64,000 nt of DNA from Antedon mediterranea (taxonomy: Eukaryota; Animalia; Echinodermata), in assembly GCF_964355755.1 (NCBI RefSeq), contig NC_092677.1:2502101-2566100 (forward strand). The letters are read 5' to 3'. How positions within the stretch are numbered: the first letter of the stretch is position 1; every line of letters starts with the position of its first letter. Position numbers and translations under genes: made by a program. This document shows, one piece after another, positions 40,501-52,500 of the stretch. The notes under the pieces are model-generated. The model was not told the DNA's origin. It was given only the letters and a program-made list of their open reading frames with translations, and did no database searches.

Positions 40501-43500
40501 TTGAATCAACTTATGAATGGCTTTATTTAACTGTGTATACATGGTTGTTGTGTTCACCATTGTGTCACATCAACACAATTCTAATTAAGTTCTCAAATTA
40601 CAAAGTTAAGTATCTTATCTTCTTATTGCCAATTATCTTTAATAAATTAGCTTTATCTAAGCTAATTACTGAACTCTCATCTCAGGAATTATTACAGATT
40701 CTACTAACTTTATTTGTGAACATCACACAGAAGTTCTGTTAGTGGTTTAAACTAAACCTGAAGTTAACGAAATGATTGCTCTATTTGTAACAATAATGTT
40801 CTTTTAATTCAATTAACCCTTTTCAATTTGCTTAATTTAAGCACTCACTATAACAATCCCTTTAATAAGGCTCACCATAAGAGGTGGAGCTTCAAAGTGC
40901 TGGAGAACGGAGCGGTGTAAATGGTTCCTCTACTTTTAATTTAGTTTTGGGCTATTTTAGGATATTTTATGGATCATTTTTGTGTGTAAAGTGCTTAGAA
41001 CATTGTACTAGGCGCTATACAAGACTACCATTGTTATTATTATCCTCAATTATGATACTTAAAAATAAGGTAGATTCAGTATTGTTAAATGTAATGAAAA
41101 TGACAGCACTTCATTTTGCCCGGTCCCCTTAATCCTGAACCTCCCCCCCGCCCCCCACTGCTTTATACCCCATATAATTATTATTATATTATAACTATAA
41201 TATCATCACTATCACCTAGCAAGTAATATTAGAAATTATAGGCCGAGTTTGTGTATAAGGTAATGAAGGCAATTAGGATTTGTAAAATAATCTTTAATAA
41301 GAGGTATAAATTGATGACATAAACACAGGAAATCATCCTTGCATCATATTAACAATATTATAAAGAGATTTACAGCTGGATAGTGAGTAAAAGGTTCAGA
41401 CAGATCTTGTTTTATATACTTTGTACATTGACAGCCGACCTGGTGCTGGAGGTGTGTGTGACTAAACTAACTAACAAGAATATGACAGACAAAATGCCCA
41501 AATGATAATATATGTATACTAGTGCAGCATAATGGGAATGTATGGATCCACATGGGAGTTTGACTCTACACTATCAAACTAGTTTGACAAAAAGGTGTGA
41601 TGATATGCCCAAATATTGTAGTGATATGACATCATCATGCCCATATATTGGCACATCATTACACTTTTTTTGTTATAAAATTTACTTTCTGGCTATGATC
41701 AGAAGCTTGTCTAAACATTCATCAAAATCTACTAGAAACTGATCCAAGAATATTTAACTAGAATGTATAGCATGAAAGTTAGATGTAACCACGGTATTCA
41801 ACTGGTGATTGGAGAAACTGAAGAGGGCGGCAGACTGATGACTAAGATTACCCTCAATAGGTAAAACTCTCAACCAAAAAATAAGTCAACATTACCTCCA
41901 AGTTCATTGAACTATGACATACCATATTCTTCCAAATCTCTGCTTTTGATATGTATAAACTACTGTATTATATTCCAATGCAAACAAATGTAATTATTCC
42001 AATTAAAATTAGCATTATAATGTGACTATTTCATGCATTAATGTGTGTGGATGATCTTTTTTCACATCTCCTCTACATCACTCATCAGTATCTATATTAA
42101 TATATGCAACGTATTAAACTCTATTCATTTCCACTAAATGTATAAATAATACGTTCACAAATGATAAAGTTTTCATATGTGCTATTTTAACTCATAAAGC
42201 TCTCTGTTCATAGCTTTCCAATATTAATGAGATTTTTGAAAATGTATGTTTGTTAAAATGTTTGTTTCGTTAACTTCTGATTTTTTGTTATTGTAATTAT
42301 GAACATTTTATAGTTTTGTTGCAACTCCAATAAGAATTTGAGATGAACAAAGACGAGACCATGTCACAAACATTCTGGTTATTTTGGTTAAAACCTGCTG
42401 ATCTGATGAAATTTTCCGCAAACGCTTTTGTGTACATCATATACACTGTTTATTCCAGTGTATATATCTTTATCTCTTTATTATAACATTCTATTTTTAT
42501 TTACTATATTACATGATTTTGTGAAATATATATAATATAATGTTGCATGATAATTGTTAATAATGGAATGTAAAGAATATATTTAACAAATTTTAATTTA
42601 TCGCACATGCCCACTAGCATACACTAGTCAATGAAGATTTGCTCCCTCTATATGCCATGCTATTAAAAGTGGAGGAATGCAAAACAAACAAACTATTTGA
42701 TGACAACATTCATGAATAGATCAGAGCAGAGATTCGTTAGCTAGGTGGTTATAATTTGGAACAAAATGCGCAGATTATTTTGGATGCAAATTTTGGCGTT
42801 GGCATGACGAAAACGAAAGTTACCTTCGTTTTCATGCTCTTCCAGCGTTTGAGTTGGTCAAATCGTGGTGACTTTGGTGGCGGGACATAGCCGGGAATTG
42901 AAGGGAGTGTCGACGCATGCCCGGGCATAAGAAGCGGTGGTAGCTTGCCGTTCATCACCATGTTATCTGTTGGAGGCGCTTCGTCCTCCACGACGGATAA
43001 ACGGACGTCTTGAAATTTATGTTTATGGAAAGTCGATGTTACCTTTAACTGTAGACTTTCTGACCGTGTAAGATTGGCTCGGCGATTCACATGTTCCTCT
43101 TCCTCCTCTTCGGGGCATTCATTCACTCTCTCCATGGGACACGTATCAAACTCCTTCTCAAATTGATTTATTCTTGTTCCAACTATATTCGTACTTTGCA
43201 TTGCATCTGAAAGAATATCAACACATCACATTTTTATTTAGATCTTAAGGCTACTTATTTTTATTTTTATTTATTTCCTTTTTACTGGATTGCATTTTCA
43301 GCAGCGTAGTACTGCTTTTCAAAATGGTCTAATTACAAGGTTCAAAAGTAAAGAAAAATTATAACATATTATACATACAGAAAAAAAAAGCATACATAGG
43401 CCTAATTTAAAAGGTATATACAGAATAGTTAAAAACAAATTTTCTTTGTAAAAAAACATACATACAAAGTAAATTTAAAAAAAAAGGTGGATATATACAG

Positions 43501-46500
43501 GATTTTGACCAAACAGGACATGAACCTAGTCAGGGTGGGATTATATCCAAGGTGGGACTATACCCAAGGAACTATGGTGAAATAACAAAAGAAATAATTG
43601 AATAGACCTACCCATAACATCAGCATCTTCTGCCCTATTAATCATAGGTAGAATCTTTGGTTGGTTTGTGTTTGTGGGTGAGAGGACAGGAGGCTTGCCT
43701 TCTACATCATCAGGGCTTAGAAGGTTCCTATCGCCTCCTGGATAGAAAACTTTTAAAAAAAATTTTAAAAAACAAGTAAATTAAATGGTAATGATAAGAA
43801 TATTATTATGGATCGTGTCAAAATTATTTTACTGCAGTAACTATATTTTGTACGGCAATAACATGTGATAGTTTTCTTGAATTTAGTTTATGAGGCAGTC
43901 ACTGCAATAAACTGTGCGTGAGTTATCCAAAAAGAGGTAAACAAATTGTAGTTACTGCAGTAACTGCAGTAGAATAATATTGACTGCTCTTTTAATGGAT
44001 TACAAATATGACAACAACGTTTGAGGTTCAATTAAATTTAGGTTCTCTGAAAACTCTCCCAAAACTACAACTTTCTAACTGTACCATACAGTGAACTCTC
44101 TCAGTGGACAACTTGGACTGACCTAATACTGTCTGGTTTTCCGGAAAGTCTGGTATTCAGAATGTGTTTTTAATGGTAAAATGAATTTGGGACTTTTTGG
44201 ATCTCTGGTTTTGGAAGAATTTCCAGTTTTCAGAGAGTTCAATAATGGGAGAGTTGACTGTACTCTATTCCAAACCCAACAGGCCATCCCACTGTAGCTC
44301 AGTATAAGTACAATAATACTCACCTGAGCTGTTGTTTAACGTTGTGTTTTTTTCTTTAATAAATATGTTCATAATCGATGATTGTCTTTTTTCCTTTTTG
44401 TTGCAGCCTTTATCCAGCTTGTCAATGCATGGCGATGTTTTATGTAGTGTCATATCACAATCTGAAAATATAAGAATTCATTTAGGGCTAGAGAGCACAG
44501 TTTTTAAAAACTAATAGAATGGATTCTGCTTTGATTAGTTTCTTTTAACTAAATATTTTGTCAATGGTTTTTTTTTTTTTTTTGTGTTGGTTGTTTTTTT
44601 GTGTTTTTGTTTATGCTGTTTTTGTTAACAATAAAGTGAAAAGTAAAGTAAAAAAAGTAAAGTATTTCTTTTTAATGTACAGGTTAATCGTTTCAGATTG
44701 TTTAAAAAGTAATATTGAACGACCGTTTAATAGGGCGTACTATTGCGCGCCATGTGACCCACAATTGTCCAATCAAATCACAGGAATTTTGCTTGTAAAC
44801 TCTGAATTTGTCACTGTTTGGGCAAGTTCATTAAAACTACAGTCATTGTTACTAAAGCATTCACCTTGTCCACCTGTATACAAAATGACAACAAAGATTA
44901 TGACTTGAATCAAAACTTCTGCAGACTAGTTTTCTGCAGTTTGTACAACACTGGCAAACATTTCTTGCCGCACTCAGAGTCTGCATATAGAGTTTACTAG
45001 TGCAAACTTAGTACTTACTTTGACACTGTAAGCCTTGGTATCCTACACCCCATAATAACCCATTACAATGTTGACACAGTACAGGGCCTGTACAGTGAAA
45101 TTCTACAAAATGATGTCCTTTTATTGAAAACTGAAAACAAAATAAAAAAACACTTTAAATTGCTGGTAAACTGAATGCTGTTTTTTTCATTTATTTATTT
45201 ATTATGCATCCAACAGCGAGTAACTCGCCAATTACAGGATAGATCTAGATTGTTTTATAATTTATCGTGCTTATAAACTAAGTCTTATTTGAGGCTTGGG
45301 AAGTTGAGTTGAAAGAGTTCCAACCTTGGCACTAGGTCAAGACCGAACCCTGGATCTTGGGATTGGAAGGCAAGCACATTAACCACCAAGCTACAGCTTG
45401 TATTTTTTTTTCTAGATTTGGTAGTTTTTAGGTTTATGGATTAGTTTCCATTAGTTTTTGACAGTTGTATATGTGCACTAAACCTTATAAAATCTTATTA
45501 TTTTAAATTCTCAGTTCTACAAATGCTGCCACTCACTTTTGCTTTTGCTTTTTTTCCTATCTTTAGTTTACTTCGATCTTTCGCAGCAAAACTTTGAACA
45601 CGATCAAGCATGCTGTTCTCTTTCACGCCAACTTGCTTCATAAAGGTTGTGATAGCTGCTGCCATTGCAACATTTTTGTCCTCCTTCTCAGCTTGGTTTC
45701 TATCAAATAAAAATATTTATCATTGTACAGGATTAAAGGAAGGATTAAAGGAAGGATTAAAGAAAGGATTAAAGAAAGGATTAAAGGAAGGATTAAAGGA
45801 AGGATTAAAGGAAGGATTAAAGGAAGGATTAAGGAAGGATTAAGGAAGGATTAAAGGAAGGATTAAAGGAAGGATTAAAGGAAGGATTAAAGGAAGGATT
45901 AAAGGAAGGATTAAAGGAAGGATTAAAGGAAGGATTAATGTTAAGCAAAAGCTCTGCAATTTCTTTCTGGCGGTTTTACTTTATAGTTTTGATTAGCTTT
46001 TTGCTTATTTTATTTGAATCCTCAATGAGATCCAGCCACTGATACCCACAGCATTGTCATTTTTCAGTGTTTATTTCATTTTGTATCTCCATTGAGATCC
46101 AGCCATTGATACCCACAGCATTGTCATTTTTCAGTGTTTATTTCATTTTGTATCTCCATTGAGATCCAGCCACTGATATCTACAGCATTGTCATTTTTCA
46201 GTGTTTATTTCATTTTGTATCTCCATTGAGATCCAGCCACTGATATCTACAGCATTGTCATTTTTCAGTGTTTATTTCATTTTGTATCTCCATTGAGATC
46301 CAGCCATTGATACCCACAGCATTGTCATTTTTCAGTGCTTATTTCATTTTGTATCTCCATTGAGATCCAGCCATTGATACCCACAGCATTGTCATTTTTC
46401 AGTGCTTATTTCATTTTGTATCTCCATTGAGATCCAGCCACTGATATTCACAGCATTGTCATTTTTCAGTGCTTATTTCATTTTGTATCTCCATTGAGAT

Positions 46501-49500
46501 CCAGCCACTGATATTCACAGCATTGTCATTTTTCAGTGCTTATTTCATTTTGTATCTCCATTGAGATCCAGCCACCGATATTCACAGCATTGTCATTTTT
46601 CAGTGCTTATTTCATTTTGTATCTCCATTGAGATCCAGCCACCGATATTCACAGCATTGTCATTTTTCAGTGCTTATTTCATTTTGTATCTCCATTGAGA
46701 TCCAGCCACTGATATTCACAGCATTGTCATTGTTACTAGTAATTGGCCTTTTGATTTATCAATTTAAATCTAGAATTTCCAGAACCAAAACTAAATGCTA
46801 AACAATATGTTTAAAAGCTTCAATGTGCTTTAAAAAAAAATGCCAGTCAATTAAGATGAGTACTGTCTCTGTCTGAACGGAAACTCTTGCAAACCAGATT
46901 TTTCTTGAGGTCCACAAGGTCCCAAATTTATTTTGCCATGCCCGAACTTTCCAGAAAACCAGACAAATTAGGCCATCCTAAATATATGCAGTATCAAGAG
47001 AGAGTTGAGTGTAAAAGTTGAATGATAACTCACCTTGATAATCGTTCCAGATGTGGCATTAGGGTCTGCTCAACAACCTTGAGTTCAGTGCTTCTATCCA
47101 TATCACCATCCCTCAACATCTGATCACCGTAGATCGAGCCAAGACCAAGAAATCGTTTATTACGGAAGTCACCTAGAAGATCGCGGATCTCAGTGATAGC
47201 AACGTCTCGCGCTACGACAAACACTTTCTTCATTGCTTGCTCGTTATCTATACTTGATGTTAAAATGCTTTCTAGAATTGTAAAACATTATTATCAAATA
47301 AACAAAGGGGTAAAAAAGAAGATTAATGACCTTTCTATACATTTTAATGTCTTTAACAACATTTCCTTGACACATAGCAATATAAATATTAATGATACAA
47401 AAAAATTCATTTTTGTAGACTTTTAACGATCAGTTTTCATAACAATAAGGGACCATGTGAAACGACATTTTGTTTCTCTTTAAAGCTCTGTCTATACACT
47501 ATTAAACAAAAAAAATGTGATTATTTTTACCCCATGTCATATCACTACCATATTTGGGCTTACAACTACTATATTTGGGCACATTAAACTAGTTTGATAG
47601 TGTAGACAGAGCATAACATATTTAGCAAGTTATTTTTGTAAATTACACATATGGTTTAGTGCAGTGACTTAAACTTCTAAATTAATAATTAAAAGCAGTA
47701 CAAAATGTAATTTTACTGCAGTAGAATCATTTTGAGATAATTCCTAGGTCAACAACCTCTTAATAGGGATACCGAGAGCTGACTCCATTTTCATTACCAC
47801 GATTAAACAGCGCGCACGTTACTATGCGCGCAATGTCATTTACGCGGTGTTTTTTTACTTTGGTAAACACTTTTTATTAGGTAATTGTTCTGAAAATAAA
47901 TTAATTATAAATATATCATTTTGAGTATATATTTATTTACCTATTATTCTATAAGATCAAGTATTTTTTATTTCCATTTCATTCAACCAAAAATGTGAAT
48001 ATAGTGGTTAAAAGATCGTTATCGCCTAGCGCGTATAGCTTTTGTTTACTACGAAACCCTCGGAAGGCTCAATGACCTACCATTTCAACCTTATTTTTGT
48101 AGTTGAGCCTCTTATGACCTCAAAATGTTTTTTATTCCTACACCAAGATAATATAGTTCCACATACCATGTGCTTGTTACTAAGAAAAATATTAATTTTA
48201 ACTGCTAAAAAAACAATTTTATCCCGATATGAGGCCTTTATGATTCGAATATTTCATAGTAACAACCCATATACCATAAAAAATATCCGTTTAGTCCATT
48301 TTTTAAATAATTTTTGAAAAATTCCGAGGGGCTCAACTACAAAAACGCCATTTTATGGTATGATGTCATCGCAAGCCAATCAAACCTCCGCATTTGACCG
48401 CTCCGCAAGTCTCACGGTTGAACGATTTTGGATTCTCGCCCTTTGATTGGTTGACGCGATTCAACACACAGCGGAATAATTTTCTCGCGAGTGCCGTGAA
48501 GTCACATGGTGTCAGGCCTGTCCAATTACACAGGAAAATAATGCATTGAAATTCTTCGAACGAGGTTAAATAAACACTCTTTTTTATATAATAAATAAGT
48601 AATATCATATTTTATTGAATTTTACAATGTTGATATATAAAATATGTTACTTAAAATCGTGATTTTATATAATTATTTTTACGAAAAATGACTAGTTCAT
48701 ACAATTGTCGACTGAGGGCGCAATTTGTTTACATCGTTCGTGGCTAAAAACGATCATTTTCGGCGATGTTTTAAACCCTATATTTCGAAAACTACAAGTC
48801 ATATTTTCATAATTCTTTCTTTATTATAATATTGATACAAAATACTAACAGGCAATGTATAATTTGTTGGAAAAATATTAACTTTTAATTTTACATCGTT
48901 ATCCCTACTCTTAACAGAAGTTCTTGGCTCTGAAACATACTGACCTATTTTTTGTACGACATTTTCTTCTACTTGGATTCTTAATGGCTGGAGGAAACAA
49001 ACAACAAACATTTATTAACACAGCTGCAGTCGTGATGGTGGGTAAGAATATTAAGAAAAATGCATCGCAAGCTAAAACAAGCTTAACATGTTACAACAGG
49101 GCTGCTATTAAAAAAACATGCGTAAATTAATTTGTATATGTCATAATCAAAGATTTGTCCATTTGTATATTAAAAAAAAAGTTATCATACCCCTGTTGGC
49201 GCCAGAAATGTTGAAAAGATTTCATAACACCATTTCCTCAATTCCTTCAATGATCCCGTCCCGTAACTGTCGGTTACTAAGTAAAAAAACTGGAAAAAGA
49301 AACAATTACAATTACTGAACACAGGCATGAAAACAAAGTGAGCCCTCACTGATATCTTATGAACAATTGACCATTTCATTGGTCATTTGATTGGTCAGTT
49401 GCATTAGTGAATCAAATTGGTCAATTAAATTGATGCCTCTATTGGTCATTTAAGTTGATATCCTTATTGGTCAATTACATTAGTGTGTCCTATTGGTCAA

Positions 49501-52500
49501 TTATATCAATGTCCCTATTGCTTAGAAAAGTAATCCCTCATAAATCATTGTGGTTCAACAACTCTCTTTAACATTTGCTTTAGAAAAGAGTGGATAAACA
49601 CAGTAGTTTGATCTCTATTAGATTTTTAGAAATAATGAAAACAATGTTAATTTTAAAGAAAGATAAATACTTGGCAAAATGCAGATAGGGACAGAGGGCT
49701 TGCTATTAGTTGGCCCATATAACAGATAATCCAAGATTTTAATAATCTTTTCCTTAAAATCAATAGAAGGCAAGGACTATAACTGTGGATGTTATAGTGT
49801 AAACAAACAGACATACTGTACTAACAGACCAGTAGTATAAAGTAGAACTTGTATTAAGGGGACACCTTTAGGACCCAACAAAATGTCCTTTTAATGGTGG
49901 TGTCATGGTGTCCGCTAAACAAGGGTTGGATGTAGTGAAAAAAAACATATATCCTGGTTCCTTACATGAGAAAGTGTCCCAAAATGGGCTCTACTGTATT
50001 TGCCTTTGTAAGTAATGACAGTTAGTCCAGATCAATGGACTAATCATTTGACCACTTACCAGGCTGGACGGGTCACTATTTGATATGAGGTAATGCAAAA
50101 ACACCGCCATGTGTGCCGGTCGCTTCACTAAAGACTCTAAATCATTGAATGGTCCGTGTTCGTCAAGCTAAAATAACAAATAAAAACTGAAATTAGAAAT
50201 ACTCCTGGAGAATGATGCTGTACCTTTGTAACTTAATATTAATTAAAATAATAAACAGACCAGATTTTTTTGTAATGGAGTTAGCATTAACATATGTTAG
50301 TGCTCCCCCATTTTGACAGCCTATTAAATTTATATGTTAATAGAGGGGAGTGTGCACTTCTGTTGGATACCACTTGCAGACAACTCTGACAATGTGAAGA
50401 ATAAACAACTTATTGAAACATCAAAGCCTACTTCATTAAAATCAAATTTTAGATAAAGCAGGTCAGATAATTCAAAATAAGCTAGTATATGTACTAATGA
50501 TGAATGAAATTAAGCTATATTTTAAAACACAGAAAACTGGGATTAAATATAAAATATACAAAATAAAAGATAAACAAATTTGTGTAAGAAATTCACTTTC
50601 TCTATGTACTGTATGAAAAGTAGATATATATTGGAAAAAATGTATTGAAATATTATAAACATGTTTGTTTGTAAACTGTAGCTGAACGTTGTAAATAATA
50701 TTTGTCTGAATGCCTGAAAATGGTATGTAGTTATAATTGAATTATTATTATAATAGTGTATTGAATTATATAGGTTGAAGGCTATATATTATGGATAATG
50801 ACTTATTGTTTCTCAGCTATGAGTCCTTTATTAATATAATAAAAATCCACACCTAGAAATAATAGGAAAGATACAGTAACACAATGGATACACTAATATG
50901 CATACAGCCTGTTTCCACAGATTCTTTAAGCAATCCATTTTCTAACCCACCATAACCCCTATACCAAGCCCTCTTCTCCCATCCTCTCCTCCCCACTTTT
51001 TTTAAACCCACCCTTTCTTTGAATAATTAAAAACGAAATCTTTCACAGGAAGGTGAATATTAACACCAGGATTTTATACCAAGCCTTAAAACATCTCTCA
51101 AGGACAATAATTTCACCAGCAGTATTGTACAAAGTATTTACAAATTAACAATAACAGATACCTTTACTTTATATTCTTCTAGTAGTACAATACAGAATAA
51201 CACAAACTTGTTCAAAATCAAAATAAACACACCAACAACAACTTCTATCTAAACAAACTAACTCAACAAACAGACTGTATACATTTACAAATATCATCAA
51301 TTGGATGTAACATTATTGGCAGGGGTAAAGAATAGGATTTATAAAAACAACATTATGTTAACAACAAGAATACACCATAAGACTTACATTGTTGTAATGA
51401 TGCTATTAGGAATGGAAAAAGATGAGAGAAAATCAATTAAACTATGTTGTATTTTAACAAACATGAATGGGAGACAATAATCACAGCGGAGATGATAAAT
51501 GATGTGCACTTGAAATAGACAGTTGATAGCAAATATTACTGTGGTTATTTCTTGTTCACAAATGAAATGTACTGTTTAACAGTAGCAAGTTTTTATATTT
51601 TTGTATTATGTAGATATGTAGCTAGGGCACAATAACTCAACTAAAGCCATTCTTCCAATTAGCTTAGTTTGGGCCTAAACAAAACCTGTATGCTGCTGTC
51701 GACCCTATTGCATCCAAAATATACACAAAATTAAGTTAATTTTACTCATTTATGAGTAAAATTTAACAAATTCAAAATTGTGTTTACTATATTAGCCATT
51801 AAAAAAAACGTTTTTTTTTATGAGGCCTGGTTTTTAGTTAAATTTAAACCGTTCCGCAATTTAAAGATAAGCAGTAAAGTAGGGTTAAAACATTCTGTCT
51901 TTAGACAATTGTCGCTTACTATGACTTATACATGCTTAACATTAATGTTGACATGTGTATATATTTTAACTGTTTTACATTTAAAATGACTGAATATGTT
52001 ACATGTATGTGATATCTATACTACAGTATTCTGAATGATAGCATGATATAACTGATGAAAACAAAACTCCTGAAAACTTACACTACTAATATTACTGTTG
52101 TTAGTGCTACTAATTGATGGCCTCTAAAGTAAAGAACAAATTAAAAACTGTAGTAGGATATAATTAACATATTTACTTCAATAAAAAAATAAACATTCTC
52201 ACTCCTGAGGACGATCAAAGCATATTGATTGATCGAAACGTCGAGAAACTCAAAGTTCTTTTCAGAACTAATATACGTGGTGTAAAGCAAACTTTATATC
52301 AACATTTGATTTCGCCCTGCAAACCTTCAAACAGGATATTATGTTCTATCATCTTTACTTTAAGCTTTATTTCAAATGATAAAATGTTTGTATGAGATGT
52401 ATCTACAAATAGTGATATTGTAATGGCAAGAGCATGGCGCTGATGACATCACACAAACAAATAAACTGAGGACTTACAGAGTTAAGAATACTAATGTTAC

